NCBI GenBank assembly: GCA_964016885.1
Contig: OZ024763.1
Span: 15,500,001-15,564,000 of the forward strand
DNA: 64,000 nucleotides
Direction: 5' to 3'
From: Eledone cirrhosa
Lineage: Eukaryota
The position numbers and the translations under genes are program-made. The notes under the pieces are model-generated. The model was not told the DNA's origin. It saw only the letters and a program-made list of their open reading frames with translations, and ran no database searches. Positions 38,110 to 51,454 of the stretch are shown here, in pieces. How positions within the stretch are numbered: position 1 is the first letter of the stretch; the number at the start of each line of letters is the position of its first letter.

Positions 38110-39835
38110 TAGTTGGTTGTAGTGAGGTTGTTGTTGTTGTTGTTGTTGGCGGCGGTGTTGGTAGTGGTGTTGATGTTGTTGTTGGTGGGGTTGGGTTGGG
38201 TTGGTGGTGGTGTTGGTTGTGGTGTTATTGGTGGTGTTGTTTTTGGTGGTGTTGATGTTGGTGGTATTGATGGTGGTGGTGGTGGTGTTGGTAGTGGTGT
38301 TGATGTTGTTGTTGGTGGTGTTGGTAGTGGTGTTGATGTTGTTGTTGGTGGGGTTGGGTTGGGTTGGTGGTGGTGTTGGTTGTGGTGTTATTGGTGGTGT
38401 TGTTTTTGGTGGTGTTGATGTTGGTGGTGGTGGTGGTGTTGATGTTGGTGTTGGTGGTATTGATGGTGGTGATGGTGGTGGTGTTGGTGGTATTGATGGT
38501 GGTGGTGGTGGTGGTGTTGATGTTGGTGTTGGTGGTATTGATGGTGGTGGTGGTGGTGGTGTTGATGTTGGTGTTGGTGGTATTGATGGTGGTGGTGGTG
38601 GTGGTGTTGTTGTTGTTGGTGGTGGTGTTGTTGTTGTTGGTGGGGTTGGGTTGGTGGTGGTGTTGGTTGTGGTGTTATTGGTGGTGTTGTTTTTGGTGGT
38701 GTTGATGTTGGTGGTATTGATGGTGGTGGTGGTGGTGTTGTTGATGTTGGTGTTGGTGGTATTGATGGTGGTGGTGGTGGTGTTGATGTTGTTGGTGGTA
38801 TTGGTGGTGGTGGTGTTGTTGTTGGTGGTGGTGTTGATGTTGTTGTTGGTGGGGTTGGGTTGGGTTGGTGGTGGTGTTGGTTGTGGTGTTATTGGTGGTG
38901 TTGTTTTTGGTGGTGTTGATGTTGGTGGTATTGATGGTGGTGGTGGTGGTGGTGTTGATGTTGGTGTTGGTGGTATTGGTGGTGGTGTTGTTGTTGGTGG
39001 TGTTGATGTTGTTGTTGGTGGGGTTGGGTTGGTGGTGGTGGTGTTGGTTGTGGTGTTATTGGTGGTGTTGTTTTTGGTGGTGTTGATGTTGGTGGTATTG
39101 ATGGTGGTGGTGTTGTTGGTGGTGTTGATGTTGTTGGTGGTATTGGTGGTGGTGGTGTTGTTGTTGGCGGTGTTGGTAGTGGTGTTGATGTTGTTGTTGG
39201 TGGGGTTGGGTTGGTGGTGGTGGTGTTGGTTGTGGTGTTATTGGTGGTGTTGTTTTTGGTGGTGTTGATGTTGGTGGTATTGATGGTGGTGGTGGTGGTG
39301 TTGTTGATGTTGGTGTTGGTGGTATTGATGGTGGTGGTGGTGTTGTTGTTGGTGGTGTTGATGTTGTTGTTGGTGGTATTGATGGTGGTGGTGGTGTTGT
39401 TTTTGGTGGTGTTGATGTTGTTGGTGTTTATGGTATTGGTGGTGGTGTTTTTGGTGGTGTTGATGTTGTTGGTGGTGTTGATTGTGGTGGTGGTGGTGGT
39501 GGTGGTGGTGGCGTTGTTGGTGGGGTGGTGGTGGCGTTGTTGGTTGTTGGTGTTATTGGTGGTGTTGGTGTTGTTGTTGGTTGTGGTATTGGTGGTGATG
39601 GTAGTTGCAGTAGTAGTAGCGGTGGTAGTAGTTGTGGTGGTAGTAATAGTAGTAGCGGAAGTAATAGCGGTGGTGGTAGTGGTGCTGGTAGTATCAGTAG
39701 CAATAGTAGTAGTACAGTAGTAGTAGCTGTAGTAGTAGTAATGGTAGAAGTATCAATTACTACTAGTAGTAGTAGTGGTGGTAGTATCAATAGTAGTAGT
39801 AGTAGTAGTAGTGGTAGTGGTAGTATCAGTAGTAG
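38110..39835. repeat. (GGT/TGT/GAT)n then (GTA)n low-complexity tract with higher-order repeats
   Basis: Direct reading of the sequence. Confidence 0.93.
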
Positions 39836-40049
39836 AAGGAAACAGCGATGTTGTTAAGTGGTTTAGTAATTAGAATTTGATGACTTAACTCTTCTTTTAA
39901 ACAGACAAACAATTCCTGCAGATGGCATTGTTCTGTATTGGGAATAGTGTGTAATTAGCTTCTCATTATATATATATAGACACACACACACATATATCTT
40001 TATATATATATATACACAAATACATATACATACATATATATACTCATAT

Positions 40050-40745
40050 AATCATCATCATCATCATCATTACGTCCGTTTTTCCCTGCTTGCAAGGGTG
40101 GGACAGGAACTGATTCTGGCTTGATTTCTACAGCTGGATGCCCTTCCTAACACCAACCTCATTTACAGTGAGTGCTGGGTGCTTTTTTGCCGTGGCACCT
40201 CCACGACCACTTTGCAGTGGAATGATAGGGACCCCAGTCCCTATCATCTCATTTCTACAGCTGAGTAAACTGGAGCAAAGTGAAATAAAGTGTCTTGCTC
40301 AAGGAAACAACACATCACCACATAGACATATATATATATATATATATAATGGTAGAACATGGGAAGGTAATATCCGTAGTGGTAGAGCACTTATATATAT
40401 ATATATATAAGTAGAAACACAACACAAGGCCTTGCAATCGAAAGGTTGTGAGTTCAATTCTCAGACCGGGTGATGTGTTGTTTCCTTGAGCAAGACACTT
40501 TATTTCACATTGCTCCAGTTTACTCAGCTGTAGAAATGAGATGATAAGGACTGGGGTCCCTATCATTCCACTGCAAAGTGGTCGTGGAGGTGCCACAGCA
40601 AAAAAACACCCAGCACTCACTGCAAATGAGGTTGGTGTTAGGAAGGGCATCCAGCTGTAGAAATCAAGCCAGAATCAGTTCCTGTACCACCTTTGCATGC
40701 AGGGAAAATCGGACGTATAATGAAATGATGATGATGATGAAAATG
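40050..40745. mobile_element. Two S2 SINE copies in inverted (head-to-head) orientation: 40050-40320 (-) and 40425-40745 (+)
   Basis: About 270 bp of reverse-complement identity, spacer about 150 bp. Confidence 0.88.
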
Positions 40746-41632
40746 ATATATATATATGTAATTTATTATATCGGTAGAGGGTCGGACGCCATGCTTTCCA
40801 GCATAGAGTTACGTCCCTTTGCGGTCTGAGTTTAAATCCCGCCGAGGTTAACTTTGCCTTTCATCCTTACGGGGTCGATGAAATAAAGTACCAGTAATGT
40901 ACTGGGTAATTGCTGGCCTTGTGCCAAAAGTAGAAACAATTATATTATATATATATTGTTATACTTTGGGAGGGTCATGTTGCCAATAAAAACACACACA
41001 CCTGTTGGTTTTCACTTCAATTTGTTATAAATTTCCGGTTGGTTGTTTATATATATTGTCGAAGCTCTTTTGTTACACATTCTGTGACCTCCTGAATGAC
41101 TTTCTGTTCTCTTTTGCGTCTCCTTTTCTTTCACATCAAGAATCTAGCAAAATAAATACATAAACGTTTGTGTGTGTGTGTGTGTTTATATATATATATA
41201 TATATATATAATAAGGGTTGACTGACCCAGCATATTTATCAATGCCAGTACCGGTTGTATCTCAGCGCACTCAATGGGCAATGTAAGATACATTACCAGA
41301 GTATACACATAGTTATTTGCCTCAACACAACACACGTAAAACGGGTGCCTATAAGGTTCCCGGACTCGAGTTTTTATATATATATATATGTGGGCATTAA
41401 CTCTAACATAGCTCTGTATACGTGAAGTTGTATATTTGGCGACATACGGTATGTTTATAAAGAAACATTTTGAAAGCCTTCCGCTATGAATTTGAAAACT
41501 GACAGCAAAGTGCCATCTAGTGTGTTGCAACAGAAGCTAAGTACAGGTAACTAGTGATGATGATGTCATCATTTCTGACTTTTGTCATTATCAAACTAAT
41601 ACTGCCAATCGCTTAGTAAACATTTAAATTAA

Positions 41633-44375
41633 CAAACCACATGAAACCACATTAACAAGACATTCTTGGAAAGTATAAAACACCACCATGACTGCATTAA
41701 TGATCACATTAAACCACATTAACAAGACATTCTTGGAAAGTATAAAACACCACCATGACTGCATTAATGACCACATGAAACCACATTAACAAGACATTCT
41801 TGGAAAGTATAAAACACCACCATGACTGCATTAATGACCACATTAAACCACATTAACAAGACATTCTTGGAAAGTATAAAACAACACCATGACTGCATTA
41901 ATGACCACATGAAACCACATTAACAAGACATTCTTGGAAAGTATAAAACACCACCATGACTGCATTAATGACCACATTAAACCACATTAAACCACATTAA
42001 CAAGACATTCTTGGAAAGTATAAAACACCACCATGACTGCATTAATGAACACATTAAACCACATTAACAAGACATTCTTGGAAAGTATAAAACACCACCA
42101 TGACTGCATTAATGACCACATGAAACCACATTAACAAGACATTCTTGGAAAGTATAAAACATCACCATGACTGCATTAATGACCACATGAAACCACATTA
42201 ACAAGACATTCTTGGAAAGTATAAAACACCACCATGACTGCATTAACGACCACATGAAACCACATTAACAAGACATTCTTGGAAAGTATAAAACACCACC
42301 ATGACTGCATTAATGACCACATGAAACCACATAAACAAGACATTCTTGGAAAGTATAAAACACCACCATGACTGCATTAACGACCACATGAAACCACATT
42401 AACAAGACATTCTTGGAAAGTATAAAACACCATGACTGCATTAACGACCACATGAAACCACATTAACAAGACATTCTTGGAAAGTATAAAACACCACCAT
42501 GACTGCATTAATGACCACATTAAACCACATTAACAAGACATTCTTGGAAAGTATAAAACACCACCATGACTGCATTAATGACCACATGAAACCACATTAA
42601 AAAGACATTCTTGGAAAGTATAAAACATCACCATGACTGCATTAATGACCACATGAAACCACATTAACAAGACATTCTTGGAAAGTATAAAACAACACCA
42701 TGACTGCATTAATGACCACATGAAACCACATTAACAAGACATTCTTGGAAAGTATAAAACACCACCATGACTGCATTAACAACCACATGAAACCACATTA
42801 ACAAGACATTCTTGGAAAGTATAAAACAACACCATGACTGCATTAATGACCACATGAAACCACATTAACAAGACATTCTTGGAAAGTATAAAACACCACC
42901 ATGACTGCATTAACGACCACATGAAACCACATTAACAAGACATTCTTGGAAAGTATAAAACATCACCATGACTGCATTAATGACCACATGAAACCACATT
43001 AACAAGACATTCTTGGAAAGTATAAAACACCACCATGACTGCATTAACGACCACATGAAACCACATTAACAAGACATTCTTGGAAAGTATAAAACACCAC
43101 CATGACTGCATTAATGACCACATGAAACCACATAAACAAGACATTCTTGGAAAGTATAAAACACCACCATGACTGCATTAACGACCACATGAAACCACAT
43201 TAACAAGACATTCTTGGAAAGTATAAAACAACACCATGACTGCATTAATGACCACATGAAACCACATTAACAAGACATTCTTGGAAAGTATAAAACAACA
43301 CCATGACTGCATTAATGACCACATTAAACCACATTAACAAGACATTCTTGGAAAGTATAAAACACCACCATGACTGCATTAACGACCACATGAAACCACA
43401 TTAACAAGACATTCTTGGAAAGTATAAAACACCACCATGACTGCATTAACGACCACATTAAACCACATTAACAAGACATTCTTGGAAAGTATAAAACACC
43501 ACCATGACTGCATTAATGACCACATGAAACCACATTAACAAGACATTCTTGGAAAGTATAAAACATCACCATGACTGCATTAATGACCACATGAAACCAC
43601 ATTAACAAGACATTCTTGGAAAGTATAAAACACCACCATGACTGCATTAACGACCACAAGAAACCACATTAACAAGACATTCTTGGAAAGTATAAAACAC
43701 CACCATGACTGCATTAATGACCACATGAAACCACATAAACAAGACATTCTTGGAAAGTATAAAACACCACCATGACTGCATTAACGACCACATGAAACCA
43801 CATTAACAAGACATTCTTGGAAAGTATAAAACACCACCATGACTGCATTAACGACCACATTAACAAGACATTCTTGGAAAGTATAAAACACCACCATGAC
43901 TGCATTAATGACCACATGAAACCACATTAACAAGACATTCTTGGAAAGTATAAAACACCACCATGACTGCATTAATGACCACATGAAACCACATTAACAA
44001 GACATTCTTGGAAAGTATAAAACATCACCATGACTGCATTAATGACCACATGAAACCACATTAACAAGACATTCTTGGAAAGTATAAAACACCACCATGA
44101 CTGCATTAACGACCACATGAAACCACATTAACAAGACATTCTTGGAAAGTATAAAACACCACCATGACTGCATTAATGACCACATGAAACCACATAAACA
44201 AGACATTCTTGGAAAGTATAAAACACCACCATGACTGCATTAACGACCACATGAAACCACATTAACAAGACATTCTTGGAAAGTATAAAACACCACCATG
44301 ACTGCATTAATGACCACATGAAACCACATTAACAAGAGATTCTTGGAAAGTATAAAACAACACCATGACTGCATC
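41633..44375. repeat. 67-bp tandem satellite, about 41 highly homogeneous copies
   Basis: Unit AACCACATTAACAAGACATTCTTGGAAAGTATAAAACACCACCATGACTGCATTAATGACCACATGA. Confidence 0.97.
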
Positions 44376-44792
44376 ATGTTAAATTTGAAAGTCTTTGCTT
44401 TAATACTGCAAAATTTCATGTAATCTGTCCACTAGTAAAGATACTATGAACAGCTGAATTATCCCCCCCCCCTTTTACTTTTTCTAGATATTCTCTTCTA
44501 ATTCATGACAGGATGTTTGGAATTAATTAAAATATCTGGTGTAAGGTGTTTGATGTTGGCTAACTAATTATAGCAAGTTTTGGTAGTGTCTGGTGGAATT
44601 GGGGTGGGGTGGGGAATACACTCTCCTCCACCTCACTGTCCCTCTCTCCTCTCTCCCTCAACTACACCATCCTACCTCTTCTCACACAACACCCTCCGCC
44701 CAATTCACATTTCCCCCTTTTCCCACTCTCCCTCACCTTCCCCACCTTCCTTCATTCCCTTTTTTCCCTCACACTATACCAAAGTTCTCTTC

Positions 44793-45150
44793 CCACCTCT
44801 CACTCCTGCCCACACACCACCTCTCACTCCTGCCCACACACCACCTCTCACTCCTGCCCACACACCACCTCTCACTATACCCCACACACCACCTCTCACT
44901 CCTGCCCACACACCACCTCTCACTCCTGCCCACACACCACCTCTCACTATACCCCACACACCACCTCTCACTCCTGCCCACACACCACCTCTCACTCCTG
45001 CCCACACACCACCTCTCACTCCGGCCCACACACCACCTCTCACTCCTGCCCACACACCACCTCTCACTCCTGCCCACACACCACCTCTCACTATACCCCA
45101 CACACCACCTCTCACTCCTGCCCACACTCCACCTCTCACTATACCCCACA
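44793..45150. repeat. 24-bp minisatellite (about 15 copies, two variants)
   Basis: Unit CACACCACCTCTCACTCCTGCCCA, variant ...CACTATACCCCA. Confidence 0.95.
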
Positions 45151-45211
45151 TCTCTACTGTAGCTTTCTTCGACTGAGATTTCTCGGCACTTCTTCACCCA
45201 ACAATCATCGT

Positions 45212-45770
45212 TCATGTGCATGACATGTCGGTACCAGTGCAGACTCCTCTCTAGTACACTACATCTGATTCCTCTTATACAGGTTTTTTTCTCTCAGCTC
45301 ATCCAATCTTTGCTGTTCATACATATTAACATTGCACATCCACCTGAGCAGACTTGATTCTTTTCTTCTGCAGCCTTCATATATCCTCTGCATTCACAGC
45401 CCATATCTTACTACCATGCAGCATCACACTTCATACACAAGCATCATACAGCTGGCTTTTCATTTGTAGGGAGAAATCTTTTGTTGTCAGCAGAGGTTAG
45501 TGGCTCCCTGAATATTTTCCATCCTTTTCTTATTCTAGCTACTATGCTTTCAGAACAACCTCCTCCACTGCTAATAAGCTCACCTAGGTAACAGACTATT
45601 TCTGTGGAGCTTTCCCATGGTTAGAGAAAATGTATTATGCTGGGGCTCTTAGTACTAACCACCCCTGTGTATCTGTCACATATAAAGACTACATTTTCTG
45701 TTAGTCTGCCTAGAATCCCACTACAGCCCCACAAACCTTATCACATATGTAGCTTTTCAGTTTGGTGGGT
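45212..45770 (-). pseudogene. Old RTE LINE fragment
   Basis: Similar to the LYDACV..MLHGS..W / YLG segment of the other copies. Confidence 0.7.
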
Positions 45771-46054
45771 TTTTTTCTTTCCTCTCTCTCTTACTGGGAC
45801 TACCTGTCAACTGTTCCATTAGTAATACCACCACCACCACCAACACCACGAACACAGCCATCAACCACACTAACGCTACCTCCACTACTCCCATCACAAC
45901 CACTGCCACTAACATCTCCACCACTGTTGCCACCATCAACACCACTGCTACCACCACCGCCATTAACACTACCACCAACAACAACACTTTAGTGGAACTT
46001 TCCTGGGATTAGAAAAGGTTTATATCACAGATGCTTTTATTACCAACTATCACT

Positions 46055-46900
46055 GTACATTTGCCACATACAAAGTCTACCTTTTCTCTTAGTCTATCTC
46101 CAATCCCACTACACCTCTCATGTACCCTACATTAGCATCATCTATCACATACAAAGTCTACCTTTTCTCTTAGTCTACATCCAATCCCACTACACCTCTC
46201 ATATAGCAATGCCTCACACTAACATCATCTACCACATACAAAGTCTACCTTTTCTGTTAATCTACATCCAATCCCACTACACCTCTCATATAGCAATGCC
46301 TCACATTAACATTACCACATACAAAGTCTACCTTTTCTCTTAGTCTACATCCAATCCCACTACACCTCTCATATAGCAATGCCTCACACTAGCATCATCT
46401 ACCACATACAAAGTCTACCTTTTCTCTTAGTCTACATCCAATCCCACTACACCTCTCATATAGCAATGCCTCACACTAGCATCATCTACCACATACAAAG
46501 TCTACCTTTTCTCTTAGTCTACATCCAATCCCACTACACCTCTCATATAGCAATGCCTCACACTAGCATCATCTACCACATACAAAGTCTACCTTTTCTC
46601 TTAGTCTTCATCCAATCCCACTACACCTCTCATATAGCAATGCCTCACACTAACATTATCTACCACATTCAAAGTCTACCTTTTCTGTTAATCTACATCC
46701 AATCCCACTACAGCTCTCATATAGCAATGCCTCACACTAACATCATCTACCACATACAAAGTCTACCTTTTCTCTTAGTCTTCATCCAATCCCACTACAC
46801 CTCTCATATAGCAATGCCTCACACTAACATTATCTACCACATACAAAGTCTACCTTTTCTGTTAATCTACATCCAATCCCACTACGCCTCTCATATACCA
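46055..46900. repeat. 87-bp minisatellite (about 9-10 copies) derived from RTE PHD-coding sequence
   Basis: The minus strand of the first unit translates VHERCSGIGDRLREKVDFVCGKCT. Confidence 0.88.
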
Positions 46901-47045
46901 ATACCTTATATTACGGATGTTGCAGAGATTTCCCATCTATTCATTTTCTACGAGATGAGCTCAGCCATTTCTCTGGTGGTATCAAAGTACTGTCTTCTTT
47001 CCTAACTACTAATTACTAAGACTTTGATAAGTATATATATATATA

Positions 47046-47212
47046 CAATATATTAATAAATGGAAACTATATTTATAAAACCATGATTATTTTATTATAT
47101 ATATTTCAAGGGCGACCAAGGTAAATTATGGTGCGCTTTCATCAGATAAAATATATCAGTTATAAAAATGTTTAAGCTTGTTGAATCACAACAAATTAAA
47201 TATAACCTCTGC
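47046..47212. mobile_element. Family A insert: hammerhead segment (47088-47153, -) joined to an inverted tail segment (+)
   Basis: Minus strand reads TATTTTAT-CTGATGA-AAGCGCACC...CCCTT-GAAA-TATATA-TA-ATAAAATA. (TA)n on both sides. Confidence 0.85.
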
Positions 47213-47246
<34 letters not shown>

Positions 47247-48454
47247 CGAGGTATATATGTATATATACACACACATATATATATTAATACATACATACAC
47301 ACACATATATATAAATACATACATACACACACACACACACATATGTATATATACACATACACAAATATATATGATATATATTACACCCAGCACATTCTTA
47401 TACAGAGCATATAATCACACACACATACACACACATTCATACATACACACACATGTGTGTGTACAGTGTAGAATAATTAAAGAAGCCCCAGGACTTACTG
47501 GGGGGGGGAACCTTCTGTAGAGATAAGATTGTTGTTATGGTGTATGGTGGTGGTGGGGGTGTATGTGGGTGTGGTGGGGGGGGGGGGGGGGTATGGTGGT
47601 GGAGGTGTGTGGTGGTGGTGGTGTTGTATGGTTTTGGTGTTGTTGTGGTGATGCTGTTGTGTAGTAGTGGGGCTGGTGTTGATGGTGGGGGAATGTGTTG
47701 TTGGTGGTAGTGGGGAGGTAGTGGTGATGGGTAGTGTTGAGTAATATTGGTGTTGGTGCTAAGGATGATGGTGGTGGAGGTAGGTATGTTGTGTGGTATA
47801 TACTTGAACAGCCCCTCTCTTGCTTTACCATGTTCCACCCCCACCACCCTCTTTAACACACCCCAATCCCTATCATTAACACCACCACCACCACTTCACT
47901 GTCTTATAATAATATTACAGCAAACTTACCACATTCCATCATCACTACCTCCTCCCCCTTTATCACATTCCACCCCCACCACTCCCTTTTTACCATGTTC
48001 CACCACCATCACCACCACCACCCTCTTATAATACTACAGCTGAATTCACTATAACTAGGTGCTTTGTTAATTTGATGGGAGCCATCTCCACCACCACCAC
48101 CACCATCTCCACCACCACCATCTCCACCACCTCTGCCACTGACACCACCACCTCCACCACTGACACCACCAGCACCACCACCAACACCACCACCATATTG
48201 ACTAATACTGTTGTTACTGCTGCTGGTGATGCAATTACTACCATCAACAAAACCACCAACAACACCTCCACCCATCACCATAATGAGTGGATATACATAC
48301 ATACGTACGGACATACATACATACATACATACATATACAAGGGTCAGTTGTAAAGTTCTTAGGCTGACCAAGGTACTCTCATGGAATAACCAAATGAGGT
48401 TTATTTTTCAACATAGTTCCACTGGAGTTTCTACTGAATACACACAGGAGAAAC

Positions 48455-49140
48455 TCTAGAGTTGTGACCAACAGATAGTATCAGCAATGGAAAGACCAAT
48501 GGAGACATTGTTTCCTTGGTCTTACCTTATGATCAGCTCCTTTCTTCTGCCAGGAGCTGTGACTGACAGACAGACAGATAGATAGTATCAACAATGGAAA
48601 GACCAGTGGAAATATTGTTTCCTTGGTCTGATCTGATGATCAGCTCCTTTCTTCTGACAGGAGTTATGACTGACAGACAGACAGATAGATAGTATCAGCA
48701 ATGGAAAGACCAGTGGAAATAATGTTTCCTTGGTCTGATCTGATGATCAGCTCCTTTCTTCTGACAGGAGTTATGACTGACAGATAGTATCAGCAATGGA
48801 AGACTAATGGAAACATTGTTTTCTTTGTCTGATATGATGATCAGCTCCTTTTTTCTGCCAGATATTTTGACCAACAGATAGTATCAACGATGGAAAGACC
48901 AATGGAAAGATTGTTTCCTTGGTCTGATCTGATGATCAGCTCCTTTCTTCTGACAGGAGTTGTGACCAACAGATAATATCAGCTGTGGAAAGACCAGTAG
49001 AAACATTGTTTTTTCTGACCTATCTAGTGATCAGCTCCTTTTTTCTGCCAGATATTTTGACCAACAGATAGTATCAACGATGGAAAGACCAATGGAAACA
49101 TTGTTTCCTTCGTCTGATCTGATGATCAGCTCCTTTCTTC
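48455..49140 (+). repeat. Tandem repeat of about 90 bp with internal hairpins; reverse array at 59730-60115, single relative at about 56185-56290
   Basis: Unit GATAGTATCAGCAATGGAAAGACCAATGGAAACATTGTTTCCTTGGTCTGATCTGATGATCAGCTCC... Confidence 0.85.
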
Positions 49141-49261
49141 TACATGTATATAAATATACATGTGTATATATATATATTATATATATATCATCATCATCAT
49201 CTTCGTTTAACGTCCATTTTCCACGCTAGCATGGGTTAGACGTATATATATATATATATAT

Positions 49262-49734
49262 GCAAAAGTTCTATTTAAATTGTTGGGATACAACAAGCAA
49301 ATATTTTTATAACTGATATAAAGCACTCAACAAGTATTTGGAGTAAACATACAATATTAACAAATGGAAACTATATTTATAAAACCATATTTATTTCATT
49401 ATACATATTTCAAGGACAGCAAGTTAAATTATGGTGTGCTTTCATCAGACAAAATATAATATAGATCAGTTTTATAAATAAATATTGACATACCTTTAAA
49501 AATGCAACCATTACTGTTGGAAGCTCCCGGATAGCTTCTGTCTGGATCGCTTCTATCCGGGAGCTTCCAACATTAATGGATGCATTTTTAAGGGTATGTC
49601 AATATTTATTTATAAAACTGATCTATATTATATTTTGTCTGATGAAAGCACACCATAATTTAACTTGCTGTCCTTGAAATATGTATAATGAAATAAATAT
49701 GGTTTTATAAATATAGTTTCCATTTGTTAATATC

Positions 49735-49735
<1 letters not shown>
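49262..49735. mobile_element. Family A fold-back (arms about 49352-49534 / 49553-49735) with hammerheads at 49392-49456 (-) and 49631-49695 (+)
   Basis: Near-perfect inverted repeat of about 180 bp. TATTTTGT-CTGATGA-AAG...CTT-GAAA-TATGTA-TA-ATGAAATA. Confidence 0.9.
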
Positions 49736-49779
<44 letters not shown>

Positions 49780-49781
<2 letters not shown>

Positions 49782-50161
49782 GTATAGGATTATCCTAGAT
49801 GTAGTAATGGTTAATTACTACACTGGATATGGTTGACGTACGGTGAGAGGTTACTCTACGAGTTATGGAAGAATTGTTGAAGAAACTTAGTTCCTGATCC
49901 TTCTGTATTCCGGAGTGTATATAAAGAATGAATAATAACAGGTAGACATCATAAAAAGGTAATTTATGTGACCACTGTATCCTCAGAGCAGCTGCTCTGA
50001 GGATACAGTCGTCACAGCATTGGATATTTGAGTTCTGCAAATAGTTGTAAATTTGCACATAGCATAACTAGGCTGTAGTACCACCGTGGAAACATTTGTA
50101 AGCACACGGAATAAATTACCTTTTTATGATGTCTACCTGTTATTATTCATTCTTTATATAT
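49780..50161. mobile_element. Fold-back insert (arms 49918-49967 / 50111-50161) with nested hairpin 49973-50009 and long-stem-II hammerhead 49993-50104 (+)
   Basis: TGCT-CTGAGGA-[about 85 nt]-GAAA-CATTTG-TA-AGCA. Confidence 0.72.
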
Positions 50162-50835
50162 ATATAATAAAGTATTTACGTATCGAGAGAGAGAAAAAAA
50201 GGAAGGATAGGTGATACATGTAGTTATTTGCCAAATAGCATATGCAAAAGGTGCTCAATACTAGTGCCGGCAGTATTAAATATTAGAAGTGTTACTATTT
50301 AGTGGGCGAGAGAGTTAGCAGAGCGTAAAATAAACATGTTTTAATGGTCTGTTCTCCGATTTCTTACTTTTCCACGTATATATATATATATATTGTAGAG
50401 GCTTTCTCTTTACATTTTACATGAAAATACATATATACATACATACATATATATTTTTTCCTTGGTTACTCACTTGCTTGTTCCATTTTCCTGTGTCCCC
50501 ACCACCAATTGGTCTGTTTACCTGTTTTTTCTCTTTCTTCCTCTCGCCTCACTACTTTTCCCTTTTTTTTCCTCCTTTTTTCTTTTCTTACCCTCCTGGC
50601 CTTTTGATCGATAAAAGGCCTTGGGCGCGCCGCTGATCGCTTTTTGATGTCCTGTATTAAGCACCGAAATATCTTGATCTCCGTTTACAGCTGATGAAGG
50701 ATTTCTTCTCTTGTTTCGTCCATATTACCATCTTAAACTTTGTTTACAGTAACCACACAGCTCCTTTCGTTTCTTATAATTTTATATATATATATATTTA
50801 TATATATATATAAGTATATATTTAATATAGAAATA

Positions 50836-50884
50836 GCTTCTACAGGACTTGTACTGTTTCATTTGGGAGAAATCATCAGGAAGC
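50836..50884 (-). ncRNA. Type I hammerhead motif with full stem III and weak stem II
   Basis: Minus strand reads GCTTC-CTGATGA-TTTCTCCCAAAT-GAAA-CAG TACAAGTC CTG-TA-GAAGC. Confidence 0.7.
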
Positions 50885-50944
50885 CGACTGTCCAAGTAAT
50901 GTGGTGATATTTATACCTTTTCTGGTGGTAGGAGAGGGTTAGGG

Positions 50945-51420
<476 letters not shown>

Positions 51421-51454
51421 ATACACACACACACATACGTATATGTATACATAC

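Noticed and set aside
41633-44375. CRISPR-like regular array
   Set aside because: Units are contiguous and near-identical with no unique spacers, no cas genes are present, and the context is eukaryotic.
44475-44545. Possible exon (TTTTCTAG acceptor, GTAAG donor)
   Set aside because: The frame continuing from the putative first exon hits a stop, and no recognisable peptide supports it.
44580-45223. ORFs of 125-204 aa with 8-aa repeats
   Set aside because: They come from a 24-bp minisatellite that is open in most frames.
48455-49140. Tandem hammerhead (retrozyme) array, suggested by CTGATGA and GAAA + hairpin in each unit
   Set aside because: The would-be cleavage nucleotide is G, only 2 nt are available for stem I, and CTGATGA is not conserved in several units or in the 56185 relative.
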